A DNA stretch of 64,000 bases. Source: the human T2T-CHM13v2.0 reference genome, Homo sapiens. Below are positions 26,551 through 41,609 of this stretch, in pieces. Location of the stretch: the NCBI RefSeq assembly GCF_009914755.1, contig NC_060929.1. One strand, 5' to 3'. The position numbers and the translations under genes were made by a program. Under the pieces are notes generated by a model that did no database searches, was not told where the DNA came from, and worked only from the letters and a program-made list of their open reading frames with translations. The stretch's first letter is position 1. Each line of letters starts with the position of its first letter.

Positions 26551-27581
26551 GTAATTGCATTCCAGAAATAGACTAACTATAGAGTCTAGAGGGGATGCCT
26601 GAAGATCCTAAACTGACAACAAGGACTCTATTATTTTCATCTCCGTATTTTCCTAGGTGTGTAATATGATGCTTTACACATACTAGGTCTTCAACAAAGC
26701 CTTACTCAATTGGATTAAGACCTGGGGACCCAATTGCCATCAAAGATTTTTGTGGTAAAATCAAGATTTATTCAAAGTGTCTTGGTGGAATCAAACTTTA
26801 CTCTATAAAGGATGGCCTTTATTTGGCATGAGTGCTGATCCTGATAAATGAAACAGAAATGGGTATCAACCCAATCCATTTGGGATTCTGTGTAGAAACT
26901 GTAGATGAAACAAGTTCAGGTCTACATGCACACCACATATATGGGGCTTGGTAGTGTTTCAGACCAAAGCCCGGCCACTGGAAACCTGCATTTCATATCA
27001 CCTGTGTCCAAGGACAAAGAAGCTTAATATCTGATTAAAATGCCACCTCACCTTCCCCTTGAGATCTCTCAGGCATTGGCATTCCCTGGCTTTTGGGATG
27101 GGATAGTCTCCAACAGGGTGCTAGGTAATGTGCTTCCTAGGTGCCCATTTGTTCTTGGCATGGCTTTTGGTTCTGTTGTTTGGGGGCTGGAGCAGTGGAT
27201 CCATCTGATGGGATGCTTGGTTCTGTTTTTCCTTTGTAGAAACAGAGGGGAAAAGATTGCTGCCCAGTCGAGACTCCTCAGATGTTCCAGACACACTTCC
27301 ATCCTTTTCACACATACTTGTTAAAGTAGAATAGTCTGAAAGGAATGAATGGGAGGTTCCTGTAACTGCATTCATGGGAGGGAAGAGATAAACTCTTAAA
27401 TGCCACCCTAAAGTTTGGCCCTGAGCATGTGGACAGAAAGATCTCCTTCCCATTCCACTAGAGCCAGAGTGAGGCCAGATACATATCTAATGAGCTAACA
27501 ACTCTTCAAACCAGTGTGCTGTAAAAAGTGGTTCAACACACAGTGGCAGAAAGTTCAGCCTGGAGTGTGTATTTCCATTCA

Positions 27582-27929
<348 letters not shown>

Positions 27930-28764
27930 TTCCCAAATAAGTGAGGAGTTAGGTATGATGTGCATTCACGGGCACTGCATTTGCCACTTTCCCAGGGATG
28001 TTTCTGTATCTCTCTGTAGATGGGAGTTCCCTAAACTAACTCTGGATCTATGATCTAAGCCCAGATCACAGCGTGCTGTGAGGTCTCATTAATGTCTGTC
28101 TTCCCTCACCTCAAATGATGTCAGACCCGCTGCTATATGTTCCCATGGTGCACCCTGCTTCCCCTACAAGATACTCCTCACCTGGCAATGACTTCCTTGA
28201 GATCTGCTTCTCTCTAGACTCTAAGCACCCTGTGGACCAGGAGTTTGGTGGGGAGGAGGCATCTGTTTTGTTCTGCATCCCTGAAGTTGAGGCAAGGCCT
28301 GGTACAGAGCTCAGTAAACATTGCATTCATTAATAGATCAATTAATTAGTTCATTCACTTTGTAAATTATGCTTTTTGCATGGTCCCGTGAGGAACACAA
28401 AAGAAGCCAAACTTGCTCTCCTGAAGGGACTCTAATTGGCCTCATTCATATAGAAAAGAATGAATGATGCCCCAAACAGGGGGGAGCATGGAATAAAAGG
28501 CAGATTAACGTGAGGCCTTGCCAGCCAGAAGAGGTGTGGATGCCCTCTCCTTTCCTGCCTCTCTGTCTTTACTCTTGTTACTCTCTCCACCTGGCATACT
28601 CTTCATCTCATCTCAAAGGATCCGAGGCCTCCCCATTATCCAAGGCCTACAACAATGCCACATCTTTCACGAAGCATCCCCTGACAACACTGAGCACTCT
28701 CTCAGCAAGGCCCAGGTTATAACCAGAACTTCCCTGGCAGGGCGGAGCACATTCACACACACAC

Positions 28765-29365
28765 ATTCACTGCTTCCACAAACATTTATTGAGCACCTAC
28801 GTGTGCTGGGGACCACTCTCGATTCGGGGGTATGGCAGTGAACAAAAATTATTCCAGGCAGGAGGAAGACAGGCAATAAACAAATAAGCAAAACAGAGAC
28901 TACATCGAATGGTGATAAATTCTATGGAAAAAAAAAAGAATGCAGGGGGAAAATACAGGCATTGGAAGAGGGGTTGCAATGTTCATTAGGGTGGCCAGAA
29001 AAGCCCTCTCTGAGAAGAGACATACAAACAGAGGCCCAAAGAAGGTGAGGGGGAGAGCCTTGCAAGTCCCTGGGGCATGAGCACTTGAAGTGAGGACAAC
29101 AGTGAGTGCAAAAGCAGCCATAACTGGTGTGCTCTGAGAACTAGGGCTAGCCAGCAGAGCTGGAGAGGACCAGGCTGAAGGAGAGTAACAGGGAAGGGAA
29201 GTGAGAGGGAGAGGACCCTGAGGTCCACTGCAGGGACCTTAGCTTTAACTCTATGCAGGATGAGAAGTCATTGGAAGGGTGCAGTCACCTGGCTTCACTA
29301 AGTCAGGATCTCTCTGTGTTGAGGAGAGACTACAGACAGCAAAGGAGGGAAGTAAGGAGACCTAG
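28765..29365 (-). mobile_element. L2 3' fragment
   Basis: acaaacatttattgagcacctacgtgtgctgggg L2 terminus pattern. Confidence 0.75.
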
Positions 29366-29671
29366 GCCTTCAGGCAGGGGACCACTTATCTATTTCTACT
29401 GCTAAATGGTTCCTGCCTTGAGTTTGGGACACCTTGTTACCCATCTTCATGTCCTCTGAAGTAGCTGCCACATAGCCAGTGCTTGATTAGTATTTGTGAA
29501 CATGGCCAGGAAAGAAGTGAAGAAGGAAGAGAGGGACAGTGAAATGAATGGAGTTTAGTCTCCATGGTAGAGAGGAGGAAAGCAGACATTGCAGGCAGGC
29601 AGAGGCAACAGCGGAGTCCAGGAGGCTGAGATGAGCAGGAAAGGCCAGGAAAAAGGAAGCCTGTGCTAGAG

Positions 29672-29689
29672 CTGTTGCCATAGCAACAG
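29672..29689. promoter_or_regulatory. RFX X-box
   Basis: ctGTTGCCATAGCAACag, near-perfect palindrome matching GTTGCCATRGCAAC. Confidence 0.55.
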
Positions 29690-32600
29690 ACAGCTGTCTC
29701 CTGAGGCTGGCAGCCAGGCTAGCTAGCACAGGAAGACGCTTAATGCCTTCCATCCCTGAGTGCTGCATTCACTGTGTGCTAGTGTTCCTACCCGGGAAGC
29801 AGCTCTCCTTGAGTGCTGCTCTCAAGAGCTCCTTTAAAATCCAAGGACACTGTGGAGGAACTGAACCAAGAACACTGCGCTGCAGAGATTAAGCTAGTGG
29901 GTGGGAGGTGGAGCCTGGGATGGAACACAGGGCTCTCTCTCACACACAGGCCTGTTCCTGACTTGGAGTGAACCCTAGGAGCACTTGGAACACAGAAGCC
30001 ACTCACCTTCTTCATTCTCACTCACTCCTCATCCCACTGTCTCCAACTGTGGCACTCCATTTCTGTGCCATTTCCACTGTGTTCCAGTTTCCTGGGCAAC
30101 CCTGTCCCAGGAAGCCATAATGCTCAGAAATAACACCTCTAGCAGATTCATATTCACTCCCAAGCCATTCAATCAGATCTCTGCTTTTGCTTTCCCCACA
30201 AACAACTGGAAATCTCCCCAGCATTTCATTCTTCTTTACTCTATTTCTGCTATTCATGCTGATTTTATTCAATGCGGCTCAGGCCTTCTGCTTAAAGCCA
30301 CAGCTTCTTGGGTAATTTAAAAGAAACTTAAAAGCGAGGCATTCATCAGTAATGCCCTAGTCTAGGTGGATCTTTAAATAAATGACATTTGGGAAAATGG
30401 TTCGTTCTGCCACCTGTGTGGCGTGGGGTTAGTAAATTGTGAGCTTGAATCTCTCACATTGCAAAAGTCTTGTAAAAACATCTTGGCAAGGAGCGTTTGA
30501 GGCCCTGGGGTAGAAACACATACATTTCTATGCTCTTCTGCTCTTTGAGGCTTTGCCCACATTAATCCAAGACCAGACCTCTGTGCTGCCATCTGAGATG
30601 TGGGACTGAGCTGATTGAATGATAGAAATGCATGGTCAGGAAGACACACAGGTAGCACTCTGGGGACACATTTGTTGGGAGTCCTGAGAGTTAGCCAAGT
30701 GTGACATAGTGCTTGACAGCACCACAGTCTGTTCCCCTGCTTAGATAATAATGTGACTTTTGTAGAGCTTTGATACCACTGATAATTGCTCATTCAAAAG
30801 TACTGGCTTTTCTCCAAATTGGCCTCACTGGTTTTGTTCCTGTACCCACATTCAACATCACCAGCTTTCAGAGACTCTGTTGGAGAGAACCACCTCCTCT
30901 TGCACACGTTTCCCTCTCTGCAGGACCATGCCAACTTCTTCAGTTTGATCTCAGTCTCTCTCCCTTCCTTCCCCTCCCACTGAGCCACTAAGCCTATTCT
31001 ATACCAACCCCCTAGAGATCAAAAATAGCAAACATGTAAAAAGAGTCCTCTGACACTAATAAGTTAAGGATTATTCACTCTGACATTTCAAATGTTTACA
31101 TTGCTACCTCTTAAATTTAAAAAAAAAATCATTTATTCCATTATGCTTACATCAGGCCTTTGGAAAGTAAGTTTCTCCCCCTAATTATGGAAATAGTTAC
31201 AGAGAGCCCAGGTTCCTTCTTTGCTTAATTTTGGTATCATCTGCTCATCTAAGCAGCTAATTGTTTGCTTGCCTACAGGTTCTATGTTTATCTTGGGTAC
31301 ACAGAACCTATGCTACACTCTGAATAGAAATTTATTCATCCTGGACTCACTCAGAAAGATGTTTTACATCACAACTATGTTCATTTCACTACACTAACTG
31401 TTTCATTGCCCTGGAAGATTATTGATGGGTAGCCAATGCAATAATCCCCAAGATTCCTGGGTGGAAATACTAAAGCTCATTTTACATTTCTGCCATGTAG
31501 CATTTCCAAATGTTTAAAGTGGACAAAAGCCTGCAGGAAAATTATATAAATATGTATATTTGATTCCAAAATCTTCACCTGTTAGAGCATTCCCTCTGTC
31601 TTTTTTTCTCTCTTTCTTTTTTCAAGCTTAAATTCCCAATTTAACAATGGATATAGAGACCCAACTAAGGCAAAGTGACCATACAGAGCTATAGCAAATG
31701 TAACCTGCCTTCATTACACTGCCCACTGTCCCTCCAAATTCCTTATAGGGACGTATGACTACCAGAGGCTTAATTTTATGCTGCATCATAATCCTTCCAT
31801 ACATGAGATTTACATGACTATTTAGAAAGAGGTTGCACAATCTATAGACTTGACACTTCTACTGAATTGAATATTTACAGCATTGGCACCCTCCTAAATT
31901 AGCATTTTTTTTCTTCCTTGGAATAAAGGAGATCAGATCTCAGATGTTCTGTGACATCTGGCCAGCCAAAAATGCCAAAATGCTCCTTTCTTTCTTGGCA
32001 AATTATCAAATATTGAAACATACATACATACACACATGTATGCAGACACATATGCACACAAATTTACTATAAAGAATGTAAGAAGCACAAAGCAAAGGAA
32101 ATTGTCTATTCCGCTATCCAGAAGTCACCACTGTTAACTCCTTAATGCGTCTGCTTTCCATTTTCATCAATAGAATAGATATATAAGCAAACTGTCCTAC
32201 TGCATGTACTACTTTGTTTTCTGCTTGCTTTTTGCACTTATTCTATCATGAGTGTTTTCTTGTGTTATTAAGAATTCTGCTAAACCATCATTTTTCATGG
32301 CAATGTAATACTACATTGCAGAAATAGAGTTTATTTTACCATTCCCCCATTTTTTGGAATCTTAGGTTTTCTATTTTTGCTGTAACACTGAATGAACAGC
32401 CATATACAAAAGTATTTGGGCAAATGAATATTTCTTCAGGATCAATTCCTAGTTCTGTAACTACTGGGTCAATGATAGGATACATAAGAAGAATATATAC
32501 ATTCAGGCTTTTGATACATAAGAAATCAAAACAATTTACTCTTCACCATACTCATGAGTGCCTGAGTTCATGGCTTTTGGCCAAATTTCAAAGAGCAGCA

Positions 32601-33109
32601 GTAAAAATCCCAACCTGATTTTGTACACTGGATTTGTTTTCTATTTTGCCTTCTGAGTGTTTAGTTGGGATATCCTCCAGTGTCCAAAGAAATGTTTCTG
32701 AAGCTCTTAGAATCTGTCAAGCTAGAGCAATTGACTTGCCTTAGCCTCTCAATTGCATTCAATTTCAAAAGCAAATCTTGTTTAAAATCTATATACATGT
32801 GTATATCTATATCTATATACAGGGGTACAAGTACCTGGCAGGGTAGTCAGCCCAAGAATGTATGAAGTTGTGTAGGACACACCCCACACTATACAAGCTT
32901 CTATACACTACAAGTAAAACTGGTCTTGAATTTTGACATTGTAATTTTCAAGGCAGCTAGTGTATTCTCCTCTAGACTGGTTAGCTAGTTTGTGGTAGGC
33001 TCTGTCATTCATGAAAAGTGTGTGATTATGAAATTGGTATATTCTAAAAGTCTCCATTGGTGGAAAAAACTTCAGTTTAACTTCATGTTCTCTTCATTTA
33101 ACTTTGCAG

Positions 33110-33355
33110 ACCTCCTCAACTGATGCAGGTCCAGCTGAGGAATTTCCTGAACCTGAGGAAAATGCTGCAAGAGAAGAAAGGAAATTAAAAGACGACACGG
33201 AGAAAAGGGAACAGAAGGATGAAGAAATCCCTGAAAATGCAAACAATGAAAAGATGTCCATGGAAACACTACTCAAAGTGTTCAAAGGGGGAAGTGAAGC
33301 ACAGGACTCCAATAGATTTGCCAGCCACCTAAAGATAGAGAACATTTATGCAGAG
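33110..33355 (+). CDS. SPEF2: SPEF2 coding exon, acidic/charged region (TSSTDAGPAEEFPEPEE...IENIYAE)
   Basis: tttgcag acceptor, GAG|gttggt donor; 246 nt; matches ORF 33104..33364. Confidence 0.9.
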
Positions 33356-33533
33356 GTTGGTTAAATTATTCTGAAAAAAGTTGGCCTCAATTCTGAGCAT
33401 ATTTTTATGGAATTGCTCTCAAAATATATCATAGTATGAAATTATACAGAATCTCTTTAGTAAATACAACCATTTTTTTTAACATCTACTGGATTGTGAG
33501 GTTGATTAACTTCATTTTTTTTCTTCCTTAAAG

Positions 33534-33656
33534 GGCTTCATAAAAACATTTCAAGACCTAGGTGCCAAGAACCTGGAGCCAATTGAAGTCGCTGTTCTCT
33601 TGAAGCATCCTTTTATTCAAGACCTGATTTCAAATTATTCAGACTATAAGTTTCCT
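33534..33656 (+). CDS. SPEF2: SPEF2 penultimate coding exon (GFIKTFQDLGAKNLEPIEVAVLLKHPFIQDLISNYSDYKFP)
   Basis: long polypyrimidine tract + aag acceptor, CCT|gtgagt donor; 123 nt. Confidence 0.9.
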
Positions 33657-34041
33657 GTGAGTATTACCCCAAAGTGCTCTAATTTGGTTGGGCTCCAGTT
33701 CAGGACATGCTAGGATGTTTCTAAATGTGAGCTGGCATGGAAGAGAAAGAAGCTGGACTCTGCCAGGCCAGGCCAGAATCTGGAGAAGCTAAGCTGGTAA
33801 TCACATCAGGCCAGAAAGGTCAGCCTGAAATACCCAAAGGGCAGCAAGCTCAGGCACATTTGATAGGTGGTAGTTAAAGCTGGGTGGGTGACAGTGTTAG
33901 GATTGTCATTGTAGCCATGTAATGACCCTAGCCTGTGATTGAAGGGTTTGGAGAATAAGATTCCTCCTGCCAAAGAGAACTAACCAAGACCATGATCTCC
34001 AGCCAAGTGCTGACATATTCATTGTACTCTAATCACGCAAG

Positions 34042-34134
34042 GTACACATCATCTATGTAGTGGAAATGATAGTGTGTGCAAAAGGTTGGGCACCACTTCC
34101 ATCAGGAAAACAGTGTGCAAGATGGAGAAACTAA
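34042..34134 (+). CDS. SPEF2: probable alternative terminal exon of SPEF2 (VHIIYVVEMIVCAKGWAPLPSGKQCARWRN*)
   Basis: weak aag acceptor at 34040-34041, phase 0, 30 codons + TAA, AATAAA at 34419-34424; matches my recollection of an alternative SPEF2 C-terminus (unverified). Confidence 0.55.
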   Translation, partial: VHIIYVVEMIVCAKGWAPLPSGKQCARWRN

Positions 34135-34654
34135 GGACAAACCCCAGAGAAACTGGACAAACCCAGCAGAAGAAAGGAAGAACTGCAACTCAGAAATCAC
34201 ATAACCACCAAGCAGGTCTGGACCACACATGCTAAATGTGCATCCACTATGGCGAGTCCCAGGCCTTTAACAGCAGGGACTAAGGAGGGCAGAGGCTGAC
34301 ACCAACCCCCTTTCATACTGTAGCACTACATCCCTCTCAGATACCAGTTTAACACGAAGTCTCCCTGTTTGACTCCTGTGAGTTGTGTATTGAACTACAA
34401 AGTGTTTGCTGAGTTGAAAATAAAAGCGCTTTCACTTTGATAGAATGTAGATTGTGTATCTTGACTTCTCAATGATAGCAAGTTACATTTTGCAGTTTTC
34501 TTCCTATACCCACAAATGAAACTATTCAGACTTAAATATCTTCCTGTGTGCCTAAACGTTTTTGTTCTAAGTTGCTGATCCTTTTAAATATTAAATTATT
34601 AATTAATATTAAAATTAATTTTATTGCCTGTATTAGTATAACTGAAGTTGATTT

Positions 34655-35095
34655 CTTTTTTTTTAATTATACTTTAAGTTCTAGGGCACATGTGCACAAC
34701 GTGCAGGTTTGTTACATATGTATACATGTGCCATGTTGGTGTGCTGTACCCATTAACTCGTCATTTACATTAGGTATATCTCCTAATGCTATCCCTCTCC
34801 CCTTCCCCCACCCCATGACAGGCCCCAGTGTATGATGTTCACCTTCTTGTGTCCAAGGGTTCTCATTGTTCAATTCCCACCTATGAGTGAGAACATGCGG
34901 TATTTGGTTTTCTGTCCTTGCGATAGTTTGCTGAGAATGATGGTTTCCAGCTTCATCCATGTCCCTATGAAGGACATGAAGTCATCCTTTTATATGGCTG
35001 CATAGTATTCCGTGGTGTATATGTGCCACATTTTCTTAATCCAGTGTCTATATCATAGATGGACATTTGGGTTGGTTCCAAGTCTTTGCTATTGG
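34655..35095 (-). mobile_element. L1PA 3' end, 5'-truncated
   Basis: ttatactttaagttctagggcacatgtgcacaacgtgcaggtttgttac... L1PA 3' UTR reverse complement. Confidence 0.93.
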
Positions 35096-35303
35096 GTTTT
35101 ACATATATATATACACACATATATATTTATATGTATATATATACACACATATATATTTATATGTATATATATACACACATATATATGTATATATGTATAT
35201 ATGTAAAACCCAATATATATACATATATGTATGTAACATATACATATATTTTTTAAATATATATGTAAAAAAATTGGGTTTTACATATATATATATATAT
35301 ATA
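35096..35303. repeat. TA/CA-rich low-complexity minisatellite at the L1 junction
   Basis: 30-nt unit atatatatacacacatatatatttatatgt repeated, plus re-used ttgggttttacata segments. Confidence 0.8.
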
Positions 35304-36620
35304 AAACAAGCTAGCAGCTGTTTAGACACGAAGCCTATGCAGTAGTGAAATATGATTACAGCATGTAAGAACACAGGCTCTGGAATCAGGTCATGGGACT
35401 GAATCTCAGGTCTACCCCTCAGTAACTCCCTGACCTTAACTTTCTCCTAATCCTGGCTTTCTCGTCTGTTAAATGGGGATGAAACATTCATATTCAAAGG
35501 GTGGTGGTGAGGATTAAGTGAGGTCATGCATGTAAAGCACTTGGCATGGTATCTGACACAGGGGAAGTGCTACAGAAATGATGGCTGTTAGGGGTACTAT
35601 TCAATACTGATCACCTACTACTGAGACCCGTAGTATAAGCTTCCATAGGAGAGAGAAAATTGAGTACATAATTTGGTCACTGCTCTAAAAAAATTTAACT
35701 CCTTTTTGCAAGATAATTTTTACATGCAGGAATTGCAAGAAAGTGATATAAGTTAAACCAACCAAGTGCAAAATTATAGGAATTCAATACTTGACATTTT
35801 TGTGCTGGAAGTGTGGAGGGAGTCTGCCCAAGAAGGAATAAGCTAGGTCTTGAACGATAGCCAGGGTTTGGGAAAGTGGAGAGAGGGAAAGGGACGTCTA
35901 CATGGATTTTGCTGTTGGGGTAGGGAGGCAGCAGAGTCCTGGGTGAAGGCAAGGTCTGGGGAAGGCATGGAAGAAGGACTGCAGGAGCCCCACCCCATGA
36001 ATAGCCTGGGAAAGGTATAAAATGATCCCATTAAATTGGTCAGATCAGGCCAGATTGCGAAGAACCCAGATGTCACAAAGGGAAATGTGGATTCCATTTG
36101 AAAAGCAAGAGAGAATGAACAGGCTGCTGAGCAGAGCATGATATGATGTTAATTTCTTCATCCCTAAGCATTCCTTGGGGATATTGTGCCATAATGTCAT
36201 CCTGCACAACGTGGATTCCATAGGCCCATCTCTCTAGACTGCATTTTAGCTTACATTCCCTGCTCCACATATCAGGGAACAGCTCTCTTACATTGAACCA
36301 GTAAAATAATTTGCAAAATCCTTTGGAATTATGTAAAATAGGACTTATTTTATATTGCTGATTACAAGTAGGAGCATAAAAATGATGCCACAATTATTTC
36401 CTCTCATACTGGAAAGAAAACTCCCACAAAATCAGTATGACTTGAAAATATCTTCACTCTGAGCAGAGTGATTAAATATGATGAACTTGCAAAGAAGATT
36501 CTATTTGACAATTTGCTTGAGAAAAGAAAATAGCCAACAGATGGCTACCTTCAAGAGTTAGCCTTTCCAAATAGGTGTTCTGACTTCCCAGGAAACCTGT
36601 CATCCATAAGACTCCCCCAC

Positions 36621-36885
<265 letters not shown>

Positions 36886-37884
36886 AGGACTCCTTTTAAG
36901 TTATACATTCCCCTCATTTCTGAAGGAGTGTCAGCAACTAGCAATGTTAACTGAAGTACTATTGGCATTTGGAGCAGCACAGTTCCTCTTTGAGGATAAC
37001 TGTCCCAAGTGTGGCAGAATACCTAACATTTCAGGCCCTACCCCCTGTATTCCAGGAACATCCTGACATACTGATCTCCAAAACCACCTCTGCCTGCACA
37101 TTTGCCAAGCTTTCCTTGATGCACAGTACCCCTCTGGCTGAAAGCCACCCAGCAGCAGGGTGTCTGTCTTCTGTTAACCAGTCTCACAATACCTGTAGCA
37201 CCTGGCATTCTCATAGCAGAGAGTTAGTTAGTGAGTTAGTTCATTGCCAGAATGCTTCTCTAAGATATACCTGAGTCATCTACTTTAACTCTCCCTCCTC
37301 AAGTCCTCCACACCTCTTCCTGGTCACTCCACCAAGGAATCTAATTAGAGGCCAGTAAACTACCACCCAGGGGACTCATTTGTATGATGGTCCATCAAGA
37401 AGAGTTGTGCCTGTGTCCTGAAAAGTCTACATTCTAATATTTACAGTGAAAAAGGGTCCCTTTCCAGTAAGGTGTTCTATTCTCATTTTTGCTAAAAAAA
37501 AAAAAATAATAAATAATAAAATAAAAACAAAAGAAATGAAGGAATGGAGAGAAAAGAATCTTTGAAGACTCAAACCACTGCACTTGTCCTGTCATTTTTT
37601 GCTTCAGATATCCATGTACAAGTAAATAGATCACATTTTTATAATACACTTCAACCACAGTGATGTCATCTGAAGATCTTTCAAGATAAGAAGAGCAAAA
37701 GCTAGAGTGTGGTTTTTCAGGTTAAAATGTTGTTTGCTATTATAAACAGTGGGAAGTGAAGGTTGTTGCCTAACAGCTCTATGTTTACAAGGTTCTTGTT
37801 TAGAAGTGACAACATTTTAAGATACATATTTGAAAAAAATAAGTATGCATAATTGTAATAATGCATTTAAGGTGTACTGGCTTT

Positions 37885-38130
37885 TGGTTATGAGAGTGGG
37901 CTCTGGAGCTGCACTGACTGGGTTCATACCTATGAAGTGTGTGGCCTTCGGCAAGTGACCTCAAAGTGCCTTGGTGTCTGCATCTGTAAAATAGGGCCAA
38001 TGATCATAGTCACCTCATGGTGGCGGGGGTGGGGTTTGTACAAATTAAAGGAGATAATACATATAAAGTGCTTAACTCAGTTCCTGGAAGATAGAAAGCA
38101 CTCAATATATATGAGATACTACTACTACTA
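37885..38130 (+). mobile_element. MIR
   Basis: ggcaagtgacctc...catctgtaaaatagggcc...taaagtgcttaact...cactcaata. Confidence 0.75.
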
Positions 38131-38133
38131 CTA

Positions 38134-38543
<410 letters not shown>

Positions 38544-39519
38544 CTTCTACTACTGCTGGTCTGTAGTAGTTACCGTGCACAAGAAATTCTGAATCACGTG
38601 CAATTATATGTGGATGGACTAGTGAGCTGGCATCTAATCTCTTGAACACATATGTCTTGTCTTTGGAAAAAAAGAAGGACTTTACTGGTGCAGTGCCATG
38701 ATGATAAAGGGTCCAAACTGAAGTCCCAGGAAGCCTCTGGTCCATACCTATGTGGAAGTTCCAGATTTTGCGTTGGACATTATAGGCATTCAGCTAAAGT
38801 CACTTATTTAATTTCCACTTTCATAGGCCTTGTACAAAAAAGTTATTTTCAAATAATGCTCCTAAATTATTAAGAAAATGATTTGTATAAATATAAGAAG
38901 ATCAGTGAGGATATTGGAACTGGGTTGTTGGTGAACAAAGTCAATTTCCTGTGATAAATATATATTTATAAATGTAAATGAATAAACAATTTTCTCTAAA
39001 AACTTAATAACTTTAGTTTCTTGTGATGAACGCAGGCTCAATTATTATACATTCTTTAAAACAAATATGTAAATCAAGCATATTACCTTATAATTGAGGT
39101 TTATATTCAATAGGAGATAGCAAGAAATCTTTTAATGTTAACATTAGAATATCACCAGAAAATATCTTATAAACAAATGAATCAGGACCCAATTACATTA
39201 GGATAACATACCTATAATTATAAGTGCGAACTGAAGGAGACTTTCATCCCTCTTGTCTTCAGGGCACCTGACTTTAAAATATTCTCTAAGCTTCTCCTTT
39301 ATCTTTATAACAAAATATGATAGCTGCTTCAGTGCTTTGTGTTTTCAAAGCACCAGTGTCAAACATTTTCTGGCTTTCACAGGCTCTTCTCCATTCACTG
39401 CTACTGAAAATTGTGGTCCCTGATTTCAGCTATAAATTTAGCTAAGACTGGTTTAAATATATCTGGAGCTTATCATTTTCCCCTTGCTATGGAGTGTCAG
39501 ATAATCACAAGTTAGCTTA

Positions 39520-40005
<486 letters not shown>

Positions 40006-40870
40006 TTAGGAGATTTGTGTTTTCAAGGAACAAGATCTCTAAAGAAAATGATTCACTATGATTCCTCGCAGTGACTGATAGAAGCAGTGCATATGTCAAT
40101 TGGCAAGGGTCAGCACATATGGTGAACAAACTCATGTCTTCTCAACTAAAATGATCACAGTCAAATTGAAGCCTTTGAAACTCAGCTCTGAGGAAAAGGA
40201 ACTTATATTGTTAAAATACTTCTCTAAAATTGTGAAATAAAAAAAAAAAACCTAAAAGCTACCTAAATGCAGTTCTGTATTTTTCACATGTTGGTACTCC
40301 TTCTACATTGTAATAATAGTTTAAATATATTTTGAAAAATATCTGTGATTTAAGATGTAAGATAGCTGTATAGCAAATGTAAAACAGGTCATTCTTTCCC
40401 TGATGTTTTCACAATGAAAGAATGAGACAATTTCAGGAAAGTAATCTTTTGTTTTAAAATTCTACAAATCTATAGACATGATTAATTTAGCATTAGCATT
40501 TACTTTCATAGAGGGTGAATACTGGTTTTTTTGTTCATTCATAAGGAAACAATCTTTTAACTTGCCCATTCATTATATGCCAGGTTCTGTGTAACTGCTT
40601 TTACAAATGTTAATTAACCTAATATGACAACTCCATTATTAGGTGTGGAAACTGAGGGTCCAAGATCTTAGATAATTTTCCAAACATACAAGTAGTAAGT
40701 CTCAGGGTGGGATTAAAACTAAATGGAGAAATTTGCTCAGTGGAAAAAAAGAAATAAAAACTGTTTAATGGTTGCCATGTACTATGTGATCATTTATTAG
40801 TATTTGTATAGTATAGTATTGATCATCCTTTATTAGTATTTGTAACTTCTCTTTGAATCTTTTGTCTTAG

Positions 40871-40960
40871 GATATTAAAATAATTCTCCAAAGGAGTGAA
40901 CATGTACAAGGAAGTGATGGAGAGAGATCACCTTCAAGACATACAGAGGAAAAGAAATGA
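40871..40960 (+). CDS. SPEF2: SPEF2 terminal coding exon (DIKIILQRSEHVQGSDGERSPSRHTEEKK*)
   Basis: ttttgtcttag acceptor, phase 0, TGA at 40958-40960, AATAAA 31 nt downstream. Confidence 0.92.
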   Translation, partial: DIKIILQRSEHVQGSDGERSPSRHTEEKK

Positions 40961-40991
40961 AGACAAAAGAGTGTGATTTTTTTAATTCTGC

Positions 40992-40997
40992 AATAAA
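40992..40997 (+). terminator. SPEF2 polyadenylation signal (second AATAAA at 41126-41131)
   Basis: AATAAA just after the stop, followed by GT-rich ggtgtttgtc. Confidence 0.75.
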
Positions 40998-41609
40998 TCT
41001 TCCAAAAATTAAATGTGACCATGGTGTTTGTCATATATGTTACCATTTTAAGTATAGAAATGAACCCTACCAGTTCATTATCGGCATTGAAAATGGAACC
41101 TTCCTTAACTTGGAGAATATTTCATAATAAAGAGAGAAAAAAATCCAAAGTAAAAATCCAAAGTAAGCAGGAATGCATTTTGAAGTGATTCTGAAAATGG
41201 AAGGCCCCAAAACAAGATGTTCAAAAATAAGTCATGAAAACTCCCTATGAAAGGTATCTACATTAGGCAGATATAGTGAAAATTTCCCCAAAACTCCACA
41301 TCAGCACAGTGCTTCTAGGTACATCTTACAGTTCTTTCTCCATATGCAGTAAAATTTCCAGGTTTATTTCAATAGCCAAGAAGAAGGCTGCATTATTGAA
41401 CTGCTAGTAAAGCTTTGTTCCCATCATCTATTCATAATTATTTCTTAATAGAATATATTTCCTTCATAGATAGATGTACAATTTCATCTTTTCGCTTGAT
41501 AAGTTGGTGACTCAAATTCAATGACACTTATCAATAAACTGTTTCAAGAATGGTGATGTATTCTTGGTGGCTGGGCTGCTTCTATGATAACCCCTGTGGG
41601 TCTCCTCAT

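Noticed and set aside
30407-30423. CTCF-like ctgccacctgtgtggc
   Set aside because: Only the AGGTGGCAG half matches; spacing of the CCAC half is off
34548-35374. ORFs over L1 3' UTR and TA repeats
   Set aside because: L1-derived or low-complexity artefacts
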